Assembly (NCBI RefSeq): GCF_035444425.1
Contig: NZ_DAOMOQ010000014.1
Location: forward strand, 5,630 to 69,629
Source: Ottowia sp.
GTDB taxonomy: Bacteria > Pseudomonadota > Gammaproteobacteria > Burkholderiales > Burkholderiaceae_C
Direction: 5' to 3'
DNA length: 64,000 nt
In this document: positions 49,612 through 58,837 of the stretch, in pieces
How the letters are laid out: each line of letters starts with the position of its first letter
How positions within the stretch are numbered: position 1 is the first letter of the stretch
The notes under the pieces: generated by a model
Databases searched by the model: none
What the model was told of the DNA's origin: nothing
What the model saw: the letters and a program-made list of their open reading frames with translations, nothing else
Made by a program: the position numbers and the translations under genes

Positions 49612-49964
49612 GCGTCGTCGCCATCGCCCCCTACGAGTTCACGCCCAGGGATGTGCGCGAGAACTTCCCCGCCCCGCTGCTCTACATCGGCTGGGAAGAC
49701 CACCTGATGTTCTGCGCCCCCGTCTGCCTGCCGCTGCCGCCGGACACCCCGTTCGGCGCGATGTCGGCCGCGGTGCTGCCCGGCATCTACGGTTACCACC
49801 CGGACTTCGCCAGGATCGACTGGGCCCGGGCCGAGTGGAAGAAGAACGGCCAGCCCTGGACGCCCGACCCGGCCAAGTCGCTGGCCGAGAACGGCCTGGT
49901 GCACAAGGACGCGATCCGCTTCAGAACCCCTGGGCTCACAGGGATCAAAGGTTCGTTCAGCTGA
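49608..49964 (+). CDS. dmpO: Phenol hydroxylase gamma subunit (O/P4)
   Basis: LYIGWEDHLMFCAP and HKDAIRFRTPGL. Confidence 0.93.
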   Translation: MSVVAIAPYEFTPRDVRENFPAPLLYIGWEDHLMFCAPVCLPLPPDTPFGAMSAAVLPGIYGYHPDFARIDWARAEWKKNGQPWTPDPAKSLAENGLVHKDAIRFRTPGLTGIKGSFS

Positions 49965-49971
49965 TCCGGCC

Positions 49972-51033
49972 ATGAGCTACCAACTGACGATCGAGCCGCT
50001 GGGCGCGACCATCGAGGTCGAAGAAGGCCAGACCGTGCTGGACGCGGTGCTGCGGCAGGGTCTCTACCTGCCGCACGCCTGCGGCCACGGCCTCTGCGGC
50101 ACCTGCAAGGTGCAGGTCTGCGATGGCGAGGTGGACCACGGCGCGGCCAACCCGTTCGCGCTGATGGACTTCGAGCGCGACGACGGCAAGACCCTGGCCT
50201 GCTGCGCCACGCTGCAGGCCGACACCACCATCGAGGCCGACATCGACGAGGAACCCGATGCGCGCGTGATCCCGGTGCGCGACTTCGCGGCCACGGTCAG
50301 CCGCGTCGAGGACCTCACGCCCACCATCAAGGCGATCCACCTGCAGCTGGACAAGGCCATCGACTTCCAGGCGGGGCAGTACGTGCAGGTGGAAATCCCG
50401 GGTGTGGGCAGCCGCGCCTTCTCGATCGCCAATCAACCCGCCGACGTGGCCGCCACGAAGGGCATCGAGCTCAACGTGCGCAAGCTGCCCGGCGGCGCCG
50501 GCACCACCTGGCTGCACGAGCAGCTCAAGGCCGGCGACCGCCTGCGCGTGGCCGGCCCCTACGGCCGTTTCTTCGTGCGCGAGTCGGCGCGCCAGCCGAT
50601 GCTGTTCATGGCCGGCGGCTCGGGGCTGTCGAGCCCGCGCTCGATGATCGCGGACCTGCTCTCGCGCGGCTGCACGCTGCCCATCACCCTGGTCTACGGA
50701 CAGCGTTCGCACGAGGAGCTGTACTACGACGCCGAGTTCCGCGCGCTCGCCGAACAGCACGCCAACTTCTCGTACGTGCCGGCGCTCTCGCACGAGCCCG
50801 AGGGCTCGGACTGGGACGGCTTCCGCGGCTTCGTGCACGAAGCGGCCAAGGCGCATTTCGGCGGCAGCTTTGTGGGCCAGAAGGCCTACCTGTGCGGGCC
50901 GCCGCCCATGATCGAGGCCTGCATCTCCACCCTGATGCAGGGCCGCCTGTTCGAGCGCGACATCTACACCGAGAAGTTCCTCTCGGCGGCCGACGCGCAG
51001 GCCGCCCGCAGCCCGCTGTTCAGGCAGGTCTGA
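49972..51033 (+). CDS. dmpP: Phenol hydroxylase reductase (P/P5; 2Fe-2S, FAD, NAD)
   Basis: CGHGLCGTC, RAFSIA, GPYG, AGGSG and YLCGPPPM. Confidence 0.96.
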   Translation: MSYQLTIEPLGATIEVEEGQTVLDAVLRQGLYLPHACGHGLCGTCKVQVCDGEVDHGAANPFALMDFERDDGKTLACCATLQADTTIEADIDEEPDARVIPVRDFAATVSRVEDLTPTIKAIHLQLDKAIDFQAGQYVQVEIPGVGSRAFSIANQPADVAATKGIELNVRKLPGGAGTTWLHEQLKAGDRLRVAGPYGRFFVRESARQPMLFMAGGSGLSSPRSMIADLLSRGCTLPITLVYGQRSHEELYYDAEFRALAEQHANFSYVPALSHEPEGSDWDGFRGFVHEAAKAHFGGSFVGQKAYLCGPPPMIEACISTLMQGRLFERDIYTEKFLSAADAQAARSPLFRQV

Positions 51034-51940
51034 GGCCGTTGCCGCCCTTCGTTTCGCTCTTCCCATGCGCACGCACCACCTCCAGGAACATGGCCAGCAC
51101 CGGCGACGGATCGCCGCGCCGGTAGAGGCAGCTCAGCTCCAGGTCCTTGAGGTGGCGGCTGCGCAAGGGCACGAACACCACGCCCGGCAGGCGCAGGCTG
51201 GCGGCCGACCGGGTGGCGATGGTCAGCCCGAAGCCACTGGCCACCAGGGCCACGGCCGTCACCACGTCCTCGACGTCCTGCTCGACCGCCAGCCGCACGC
51301 CTTCCTGGCGGAAGGCCTCGGCCACTTCCTGCGCCAGCCCGTGGATGGCCTCGTTGGGGTAGAGGATCATGGGCAGCCCGTCGAGGTCGGCCATCCCGAC
51401 CTGCCTGCGCTGCGCCAGCGGGTGCGCTTCGTGCATCGCCACCAGCAGCGGCTCGCGCAGCACCGACTCGACCACCAGGTCCGGCTCGGGCGGGATCAGG
51501 CGGTTGAAGCCCACGCTGATGCGCCGTTCGCGCAGCGCCTGCAGCTGCTCGGACTTGGTGAGGTTGTGCAGCGCGATGCGCACCTCGGGCCGCTGCGCGT
51601 GGAACTTCGCGAGCACGCGGGGAATGACGTCCAGCACGCCCGAGCCGTAGATGCCCACGTCGAGCTGGCCGGTCAGGCCCTGCGCCGCGCGCCGCGTGCG
51701 CTCGGCCGCGCGCTGCGCCAGGTGCAGCAGGTTGGGCACCTCGTCCAGCAGCGTCTGGCCCGCCTCGGTCAGCTCCACGCCGGCCGGTGCGCGCAGGAAC
51801 AGCGGCGCCCCCATCTCGTCTTCCAGCGCCTTGATCTGGCGCGACAGCGGCGGCTGCGCCATGTGCAGGCGCTCGGCCGCGCGGGTGAAGTTGCGCTCTT
51901 CGGCGACCGCCAGAAACTGGCGCATGTCCTTGAGATCCAT
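51020..51940 (-). CDS. LysR-family regulator, CatR/BenM/AphT-like (306 aa)
   Basis: MRQFLAVAEERNFTRAAERLHMAQPPLSRQI; divergent from the meta operon and convergent with dmpP (14-bp overlap). Confidence 0.9.
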   Translation of the reverse strand: MDLKDMRQFLAVAEERNFTRAAERLHMAQPPLSRQIKALEDEMGAPLFLRAPAGVELTEAGQTLLDEVPNLLHLAQRAAERTRRAAQGLTGQLDVGIYGSGVLDVIPRVLAKFHAQRPEVRIALHNLTKSEQLQALRERRISVGFNRLIPPEPDLVVESVLREPLLVAMHEAHPLAQRRQVGMADLDGLPMILYPNEAIHGLAQEVAEAFRQEGVRLAVEQDVEDVVTAVALVASGFGLTIATRSAASLRLPGVVFVPLRSRHLKDLELSCLYRRGDPSPVLAMFLEVVRAHGKSETKGGNGLRPA

Positions 51941-51963
51941 GAGGCCTCCTGGTTCGGTTCGCA

Positions 51964-52028
51964 ATACCTCACCAGTATAGGGTCGCAAAAATTCGGTATT
52001 GGACGGTATGACCGCTCCACCCTATCTT
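51964..52028 (+). promoter_or_regulatory. LysR recognition box and sigma70-type promoter of the meta operon
   Basis: ATAC-N7-GTAT (51964-78); TTGGAC (51999-52004), 18 nt, TATCTT (52023-28). Confidence 0.75.
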
Positions 52029-52066
52029 TGGCAGCTGGAGCTGCTGCGTTGAAGAAGAACTGAGAC

Positions 52067-52438
52067 ATGTCCCTGTTTGACTCCCGCCCCAAGTTCGCCG
52101 TGCACGTGGCCCAGACGGACGAGACCTTTCCCTGCGCCGGCAATGAAAGCCTGCTCACCGGCATGGTCCGCCTGGGCCGCAAGGGCATCCCGGTGGGTTG
52201 CGTCAACGGCGGCTGCGGGGTCTGCAAGGTCCGCATCGTCGAGGGACAGATCAAGGCCCTGGGGCCGATCAGCCGTGCACACGTGACGCTCGACGAAGAG
52301 AACCAGGGCTACACGCTGGCCTGCCGCGTGGCGCCACAGACGCCGGTGAACCTCGAAGTGGCCGGCAAGTTGAGCAAACCGTTTTCCAAGGGGCGCGCAG
52401 AGTCTGCGACTGCCAGCCCTTCGATTCAGCAGCAGTAA
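52067..52438 (+). CDS. xylT: XylT-type [2Fe-2S] ferredoxin (C23O reactivation)
   Basis: PVGCVNGGCGVC, SRAH and LACRV. Confidence 0.92.
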   Translation: MSLFDSRPKFAVHVAQTDETFPCAGNESLLTGMVRLGRKGIPVGCVNGGCGVCKVRIVEGQIKALGPISRAHVTLDEENQGYTLACRVAPQTPVNLEVAGKLSKPFSKGRAESATASPSIQQQ

Positions 52439-52459
52439 CCAACCACCAGGAGACACAAC

Positions 52460-53404
52460 ATGGGTGTGATGCGCATCGGGCACGCGAGCCTGAAAGTGAT
52501 GGACATGGACGCCGCGGTCAAGCACTACGAAAACGTGCTCGGCCTCAAGACCACCATGAAAGACAAGGCCGGCAATGTCTACCTCAAGTGCTGGGACGAG
52601 TGGGACAAGTACTCACTGATCCTGACACCGTCCGACCAGGCCGGCCTGAACCACGTGGCCTACAAGGTCGAGAAGGACAGCGACCTCGACGAGTTGCAGA
52701 AGAAGGTGGAAGCCTGGGGCGTGAAGACCACCGTGCTGCCAGAAGGCACCCTGCCGTCCACCGGCCGCATGCTGCAGTTCAACCTGCCCAGCGGCCACGA
52801 GATGCGCCTGTACGCCATGAAGGAGTACGTGGGCACCGAGGTCGGCACCACCAACCCCGACCCGTGGCCGGACGGACTCAAAGGCTCGGGCGTGCACTGG
52901 CTGGACCACCTGCTGCTGATGTGCGAGATGAACCCCGAAGCCGGCATCAACACCGTGGCCGACAACACGCGCTTCATGACCGAGGCGCTGGACTTCTTCC
53001 TGACCGAGCAGGTGCTGGTCGGCCCCGAAGGCAACATGCAGGCCGCCACCTGGATGGCCCGCACCACCACGCCGCACGACATCGCCTTCGTCGGCGGCGC
53101 CAAGAGCGGCCTGCACCACATCGCCTTCTTCCTCGACTCGTGGCACGACGTGCTGAAGTCGGCCGACGTGATGGCCAAGAACAAGACCAAGATCGACGTC
53201 GCACCGACGCGCCACGGCATCACCCGCGGCGAGACGATCTATTTCTTCGACCCCAGTGGCAACCGCAACGAGACCTTTGCCGGCCTGGGCTACCTGGCCC
53301 AGCGCGACCGCCCCGTGACCACCTGGACCGAGGACCAGCTGTGGAGCGGCATCTTCTATCACACGGGTGAAGCGGTGCCGTCTTTCACCGAGGTGTACAC
53401 GTGA
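52460..53404 (+). CDS. xylE: Catechol 2,3-dioxygenase (314 aa; resembles the TdnC/CbzE/AphB subfamily)
   Basis: [31 protein letters not shown] and [11 protein letters not shown]. Confidence 0.96.
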   Translation: MGVMRIGHASLKVMDMDAAVKHYENVLGLKTTMKDKAGNVYLKCWDEWDKYSLILTPSDQAGLNHVAYKVEKDSDLDELQKKVEAWGVKTTVLPEGTLPSTGRMLQFNLPSGHEMRLYAMKEYVGTEVGTTNPDPWPDGLKGSGVHWLDHLLLMCEMNPEAGINTVADNTRFMTEALDFFLTEQVLVGPEGNMQAATWMARTTTPHDIAFVGGAKSGLHHIAFFLDSWHDVLKSADVMAKNKTKIDVAPTRHGITRGETIYFFDPSGNRNETFAGLGYLAQRDRPVTTWTEDQLWSGIFYHTGEAVPSFTEVYT

Positions 53405-53511
53405 TCACCCCCCTGCGCCGCTGACGCGGCTTCCCCCCTCTCTGACGCGCCTTCGGCGCTTGGAGGGGGGACGGCACCTGAGGCCCGGCGGAGCCGGTTC
53501 CTCGGTGCCCC
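53405..53511. repeat. Structured dispersed repeat, copy 1, directly after the C23O stop codon
   Basis: Three hairpins; aligns with 55457-55562. Confidence 0.85.
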
Positions 53512-53547
53512 TCGAACTGGCTCCCCCTCCTTCTCATTGTTCTTCTG

Positions 53548-53979
53548 ATGACAACCGCTCTTTCTGTTCCTTCTGCCGTCATCACCGCATCGGCGGCCTC
53601 TCTGGCCTGTCAGGCGGCGCTGGCGCATGCAGAGGCATTGGGCATTCGCATCAACGTGGCCGTGACCGATGCCTCGGGCACGCTCGCCGCCTTCTTGCGC
53701 ATGCCCAATGCCTTTCTGCATTCGATCGACATCGCGATCGACAAGGCCTACACCGCGGCCAGCTTCGGCTTCCCCACCTCGCAGTGGGGCGGCGTGATCG
53801 GCGACGACGAGCTGCTGCGCATCGGCCTGAACCAGCGCCAGCGCCTGGTGCTGTTCGGTGGCGGCCTGCCCATCGTGGCCGACGGCCAGCGCATCGGCGG
53901 CATCGGTGTTTCCGGCGGCTCGGCCGAGCAGGACGAAGCCTGCGCCCGCGCCGGCCTGCAGGCCCTGGGGCTCGATTGA
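53548..53979 (+). CDS. GlcG/HbpS-family heme-binding protein
   Basis: VAVTDASG, AIDKAYTAASF and FGGGLPI..IGGIGVSGG...DEACA. Confidence 0.9.
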   Translation: MTTALSVPSAVITASAASLACQAALAHAEALGIRINVAVTDASGTLAAFLRMPNAFLHSIDIAIDKAYTAASFGFPTSQWGGVIGDDELLRIGLNQRQRLVLFGGGLPIVADGQRIGGIGVSGGSAEQDEACARAGLQALGLD

Positions 53980-54001
53980 TTTTTCATTTCATCCACACAC
54001 C

Positions 54002-55456
54002 ATGAAACAGTTCCTGAACTTCATCAACGGCGATTTCGTCGCCACCGCCAAGACCTTCGAAAACCGCAACCCGGCCACCAACGAGGTCGTAGGTCTGGTG
54101 CACGAGGCCGGTCAGGCCGAGGTCGACGCGGCCGTGGCCGCGGGCCGCGCCGCGCTCAAGGGCGAGTGGGGCACGATGAGCGTGGTCAAGCGCGCCGAAC
54201 TGCTGCACGCGGTGGCCGACGAGATCAACCGCCGCTTCGACGACTTCCTCGCCGCCGAACTGGCCGACACCGGCAAGCCGCGCTCGCTGGCTTCGCACAT
54301 CGACATCCCGCGCGGCGCCGCCAACTTCAAGATCTTTGCGGACATCGTCAAGAACGTGCCGACCGAGAGCTTCCAGATGACCACGCCCGACGGCGGCACT
54401 GCCATCAGCTACGGCCTGCGCACACCCCTGGGCGTGGTCGGCGTGATCTGCCCCTGGAACCTGCCGCTGCTGCTGATGACCTGGAAGGTCGGCCCGGCCC
54501 TGGCCTGCGGCAACACCGTCATCGTCAAACCCTCGGAGGAAACCCCCGCCACCGCGACCCTGCTGGGCGAGGTGATGAACGCGGTCGGCGTGCCCAAGGG
54601 CGTGTACCAGGTGCTGCACGGCTTCGGCCCCGGCTCGGCCGGCGAATTCATCACCAAGCACCCGGGTGTCAACGGCATCACCTTCACCGGCGAGACCCGC
54701 ACGGGTGAAGCCATCATGGCCGCCGCCGCCAAGGGTGTGCGCCCGGTGTCGTTCGAACTCGGCGGCAAGAACGCCGGCATCGTGTTCGCCGACGCCGACT
54801 TCGACAAGGCCATCGCCGGCATCACCCGCAGCGCCTTCGAGAACTGCGGCCAGGTCTGCCTGGGCACCGAACGCGTGTACGTGCAGCGCCCGATCTTCGA
54901 CAAGTTCGTCGCCGCGCTGAAAGAAAAGGCTGAGGGCCTGAAGATCGGCGGCCCCGACATGCCGGGCGTGGGCATCGGCCCGCTGATCTCGGCCGAACAC
55001 AAGCAGAAGGTCATGGGCTACTACGCCAAGGCCAGGGCCGAGGGGGCGACCGTCGTCACCGGCGGCGGTGAACCGGCCATGACGGGCGAGTACGCCAACG
55101 GCCACTTCGTGCAGCCCACTATCTGGACCGGCCTGCCCGAAAGCGCCAGCGTGATCCGCGAGGAGATCTTCGGCCCCTGCTGCCACATCGCCCCCTTCGA
55201 CACCGAAGAGGAAGCGATTGCGCTGGCCAACGCCACCGACTACGGCCTGGCGACCACCGTGTGGACGCAGGATCTGGGCAAGGCGCACCGCATGGCCTCG
55301 GCCATCGAGGTCGGCCTGTGCTGGATCAACAGCTGGTTCCTGCGTGACCTGCGCACCGCCTTCGGCGGCAGCAAGGCCTCGGGCATCGGCCGCGAAGGCG
55401 GCGTGCACTCGCTGGAGTTCTACACGGAACTCCGCAACGTGATGGTGAAGCTGTGA
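54002..55456 (+). CDS. dmpC: 2-hydroxymuconic semialdehyde dehydrogenase
   Basis: PWNLPLLL, FTGET, FELGGKN, GQVCLG and EEIFGP. Confidence 0.95.
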   Translation: MKQFLNFINGDFVATAKTFENRNPATNEVVGLVHEAGQAEVDAAVAAGRAALKGEWGTMSVVKRAELLHAVADEINRRFDDFLAAELADTGKPRSLASHIDIPRGAANFKIFADIVKNVPTESFQMTTPDGGTAISYGLRTPLGVVGVICPWNLPLLLMTWKVGPALACGNTVIVKPSEETPATATLLGEVMNAVGVPKGVYQVLHGFGPGSAGEFITKHPGVNGITFTGETRTGEAIMAAAAKGVRPVSFELGGKNAGIVFADADFDKAIAGITRSAFENCGQVCLGTERVYVQRPIFDKFVAALKEKAEGLKIGGPDMPGVGIGPLISAEHKQKVMGYYAKARAEGATVVTGGGEPAMTGEYANGHFVQPTIWTGLPESASVIREEIFGPCCHIAPFDTEEEAIALANATDYGLATTVWTQDLGKAHRMASAIEVGLCWINSWFLRDLRTAFGGSKASGIGREGGVHSLEFYTELRNVMVKL

Positions 55457-55562
55457 TCTCCCCCCTGCGCCGCTGCGCGGCTTCCCCCCTCCGTTGCGCG
55501 TCTTCGACGCTTCGAGGGGGACGCCGCCTGTGGCCCGGCATAGCCGGTTCCACGGCTGCCCT
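55457..55562. repeat. Structured dispersed repeat, copy 2, directly after the dmpC stop codon
   Basis: Aligns with 53405-53511, with compensatory substitutions. Confidence 0.85.
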
Positions 55563-55587
55563 GGACGAACGGCCTCGTGCGCCGACA

Positions 55588-55689
55588 GCGAGTGGGCCGG
55601 GGCGACTGGTGCAGTGAAGTAAAGGAGGAGGCGAGCGCGCAGCGACCGACGGGGGACATGAACGGAACCAGTCGTCCCGGCCCACTCGC
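55588..55689. repeat. 23-bp inverted repeat pair with a 56-nt spacer
   Basis: GCGAGTGGGCCGGGGCGACTGGT (55588-610) and ACCAGTCGTCCCGGCCCACTCGC (55667-689), with one G-T mismatch. Confidence 0.8.
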
Positions 55690-55725
55690 CGCCCCTTCAA
55701 AGCAAAGACCTCAAGGACAAGACAC

Positions 55726-56592
55726 ATGAATGCCCCACACAACCCTGAAATTGCGCTGAGCGTTCGCACAGGCAGCTTCAACACCAACGTGCACGACCTC
55801 GGCAGCTCCAAGCCGGGACAGCCTCCGGTGCTGTTCATCCACGGCTCCGGTCCGGGTGTAAGCGCCTGGGCCAACTGGCGCCTCGCCATGCCGGTCATCG
55901 CCAAGGATCGGCGAGTCATCGCGCCCGACATGGTGGGCTTCGGCTACACCGACCGCCCCGCCGGCATGACCTACAACATGGACACCTGGGTCCAGCAGGC
56001 GCTGGATGTCATGGACGCGATGGGCGTCGAGAAAGCCGACGTGGTCGGCAACAGCTTTGGCGGCGCGCTCTCGCTGGCGCTGGCGATCCGCGCGCCGCAG
56101 CGCGTGCGCCGCCTGGTGCTCATGGGCTCGGTCGGTGTGCCCTTCCCGATCACGCCGGGCCTGGACGCGGTCTGGGGCTACGAGCCCTCGCTGGCCACCA
56201 TGAAGCGCCTGCTGGACATCTTCGCCCACAGCCGCGCGCTGGTCACCGACGAGCTGGCCGAGCTGCGCTACCAGGCCAGCATCCGCCCCGGCTTCCAGGA
56301 ATCCTTCTCGGCCATGTTCCCGGCCCCGCGCCAGCGCTGGGTCGACGCCATGGCCAGCCCCGAATCGGCGATCCGCGCGCTGCCGCACGAGACGCTCATC
56401 GTCCACGGCCGCGAGGACCAGGTGATTCCGCTGCAGACCTCGCTCACGCTGAGCCAGTGGATTCCCAACAGCCAGCTGCACGTGTTCGGCCACTGCGGCC
56501 ACTGGACGCAGATCGAACACGCCGCGCGCTTCGCCCAGCTGGTGTCGAACTTCCTCGCCGAAGCCGACGCGCAGGGCGCCGCGTCCGCCTGA
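55726..56592 (+). CDS. dmpD: 2-hydroxymuconic semialdehyde hydrolase
   Basis: HGSGPGVSAWANW, GNSFGG, HGREDQVIP and CGHWTQIE. Confidence 0.95.
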   Translation: MNAPHNPEIALSVRTGSFNTNVHDLGSSKPGQPPVLFIHGSGPGVSAWANWRLAMPVIAKDRRVIAPDMVGFGYTDRPAGMTYNMDTWVQQALDVMDAMGVEKADVVGNSFGGALSLALAIRAPQRVRRLVLMGSVGVPFPITPGLDAVWGYEPSLATMKRLLDIFAHSRALVTDELAELRYQASIRPGFQESFSAMFPAPRQRWVDAMASPESAIRALPHETLIVHGREDQVIPLQTSLTLSQWIPNSQLHVFGHCGHWTQIEHAARFAQLVSNFLAEADAQGAASA

Positions 56593-56615
56593 CCCCTTTT
56601 CCCACACAGAACACC

Positions 56616-57401
56616 ATGGACAACTCCAAGATCCAGCACTACGGCGACGAGCTCTACCAGTCGCTGCTCGACCGCCAACCCGTCGCTCCGCTGACCGACC
56701 GCGAAGCGGACATCACCATCGAGGACGCCTACCAGATCCAGCTGCGCATGATCCAGCGCCGGCTGGACGCGGGCGAGCGCGTGGTGGGCAAGAAAATAGG
56801 CGTGACGAGCAAGGTCGTGATGGACATGCTCAAGGTCAACCAGCCCGACTTCGGCCACCTGCTCTCGGGCATGGTCTACAACGAAGGCCAGCCCATCCCG
56901 GTGAGCAGCATGATCGCGCCCAAGGCCGAGGCAGAGGTCGCCTTCATCCTGGCGCGCGACCTCGAAGGCCCCGGCGTCACCGCGGCCGACGTGCTGCGCG
57001 CCACCGACTGCGTGATGCCGTGCTTCGAGATCGTCGACTCGCGCATCAAGGACTGGAAGATCAAGATCCAGGACACCGTGGCCGACAACGCCTCCTGCGG
57101 CGTGCTCACGCTCGGCGGCCTGCGCAAGAGCCCGCGCGACCTCGACCTCGCGCTGGCCGGCATGGTGCTGGAAAAGAACGGCGAAATCATCAGCACGTCC
57201 TGCGGCGCATCGGTGCAGGGCTCGCCGGTCAACGCGGTGGCCTGGCTGGCCAACACGCTCGGCCGTCTGGGCATCGGCCTCAAGGCCGGCGACATCATCC
57301 TCTCTGGCTCGCAGTCGCCGCTGGTGCCGGTGGTCGCGGGCGACAGCCTGTATTGCAGCGTCGGCGGCCTGGGCGGCACGTCGGTGCGTTTCGTCGCCTG
57401 A
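56616..57401 (+). CDS. dmpE: 2-oxopent-4-enoate hydratase (261 aa)
   Basis: GKKIGVTS, FEIVDSRI.DWKIKIQDTVADNAS and ILSGS. Confidence 0.93.
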   Translation: MDNSKIQHYGDELYQSLLDRQPVAPLTDREADITIEDAYQIQLRMIQRRLDAGERVVGKKIGVTSKVVMDMLKVNQPDFGHLLSGMVYNEGQPIPVSSMIAPKAEAEVAFILARDLEGPGVTAADVLRATDCVMPCFEIVDSRIKDWKIKIQDTVADNASCGVLTLGGLRKSPRDLDLALAGMVLEKNGEIISTSCGASVQGSPVNAVAWLANTLGRLGIGLKAGDIILSGSQSPLVPVVAGDSLYCSVGGLGGTSVRFVA

Positions 57402-57420
57402 GCGGGAAGGAAACAACCAC

Positions 57421-58209
57421 ATGAAACTCGACAAGAACACCCTCGCCCAGCTCGCCGAGCACCTGGAAAACGCCGAGCTGAAGGCGCACGACGTCACCAA
57501 GATCACCGACGACCACCCGGACATGGACTGGGACGACGCCTACGCGATCCAGGACCTGATCCGCGCGCGCAAGGAAAGCCGTGGCCACAAGACGGTGGGC
57601 CTCAAGTGCGGCCTGACCTCCTACGCCAAGATGAAGCAGATGGGCGTGGACACGCCGGTCTTCGGCTTCGTCAGCGACTACATGGCCTGCGCCGAAGGCA
57701 GCGACATCAAGACCTCCGAACTCATCCACCCCAAGGTCGAGGCCGAGATCTGCGTCGTCACCAAGGCGCCGCTCAAAGGTCCGGGCTGCCACGTCGGCGC
57801 CGTGATGGCCGCGATCGACTTCGTGATCCCCGGCGTGGAGATCATCGACAGCCGCTACCGCGACTTCAAGTTCGACCTCAAGAGCGTGATCGCCGACAAC
57901 ACCTCGGCCTCGCGCTTCGTGATCGGTGGCCGCGCCCGTCGTGTGGAAGACCTGGACCTGCGCACGCTGGGCGTGGTGCTGGAGAAGAACGGCCAGATCG
58001 TGGCCATGGCCGCCGGCGCCGCCGTGATGGGCCACCCGGCCGCCGCCATCGCCGCCCTGGCCAACCACCTGGGCGCGCGCGGTCAGGAGATCCCGACGGG
58101 CAGCTTCATCATGACCGGCGGCGTGACCGAAGCCATTGCGGTGCAGGCCGGCGACAGCGTGAACGTGCGCTTCCAGGACCTGGGCACGGTTGGCATGCGA
58201 TTCGTCTGA
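57421..58209 (+). CDS. dmpH: 4-oxalocrotonate decarboxylase
   Basis: GLTSYAKMKQMGV, LIHPKVEAE and DSRYRDFKFDLKSVIADNTS. Confidence 0.94.
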   Translation: MKLDKNTLAQLAEHLENAELKAHDVTKITDDHPDMDWDDAYAIQDLIRARKESRGHKTVGLKCGLTSYAKMKQMGVDTPVFGFVSDYMACAEGSDIKTSELIHPKVEAEICVVTKAPLKGPGCHVGAVMAAIDFVIPGVEIIDSRYRDFKFDLKSVIADNTSASRFVIGGRARRVEDLDLRTLGVVLEKNGQIVAMAAGAAVMGHPAAAIAALANHLGARGQEIPTGSFIMTGGVTEAIAVQAGDSVNVRFQDLGTVGMRFV

Positions 58210-58234
58210 GCGCCGCCCTGAGCCGCCTGCACCC

Positions 58235-58837
58235 ATGAACGCACCCGCCACCCCGTCGCGCGCCGTGACCGTGCTGGTCACGCGCCGGGTCGCACCCCAA
58301 GGCGTGGCCGGCTTCGAGACGGCCATGGCCGGCATGATCGAGGCAGCGACCCACTTCCCCGGCCACCTGGGCGGCCACCTGGGCGGCCAGCTGGTGCGCC
58401 CTGGCGAGGCCGGCGGCGGCGACGAGCCCCTGCTCTACCACGTGGTCTTCGCCTTCGACAACGAGGCGCACCTGGCCGCCTGGCAGGACTCGCCCGAGCG
58501 GGCCCGCTGGCTCGCGCAAGTCGCACCCCACACCGTCGGTGCGCAGGAGATGCGCCGGGTCAGCGGGCTGGACTACTGGTTCGCGCCGGCGGGCAGCACC
58601 ACCAAGGCGCCGCCGCGCTGGAAGGTGGCGATCGTGACTTGGCTGGGCATCTTCCCGACCGTGCTGCTGCTGTTCCTCACCGTGGCGCCGCTGCTGGCCG
58701 ACTGGCCGCTGGTGCCGCGCACCATGGTCATCACCGTGCTGGTGGTGGTCCTCATGACCTGGGTGGTGGCGCCGCGCCTGACCCGCTGGCTGGCCGGCTG
58801 GCTGCACGCCCGTCCGCCCGTAGGAGGGCGCCCATGA
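58235..58837 (+). CDS. ABM (antibiotic biosynthesis monooxygenase-like) domain protein with two C-terminal TM helices
   Basis: [41 protein letters not shown] and [16 protein letters not shown]. Confidence 0.8.
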   Translation: MNAPATPSRAVTVLVTRRVAPQGVAGFETAMAGMIEAATHFPGHLGGHLGGQLVRPGEAGGGDEPLLYHVVFAFDNEAHLAAWQDSPERARWLAQVAPHTVGAQEMRRVSGLDYWFAPAGSTTKAPPRWKVAIVTWLGIFPTVLLLFLTVAPLLADWPLVPRTMVITVLVVVLMTWVVAPRLTRWLAGWLHARPPVGGRP

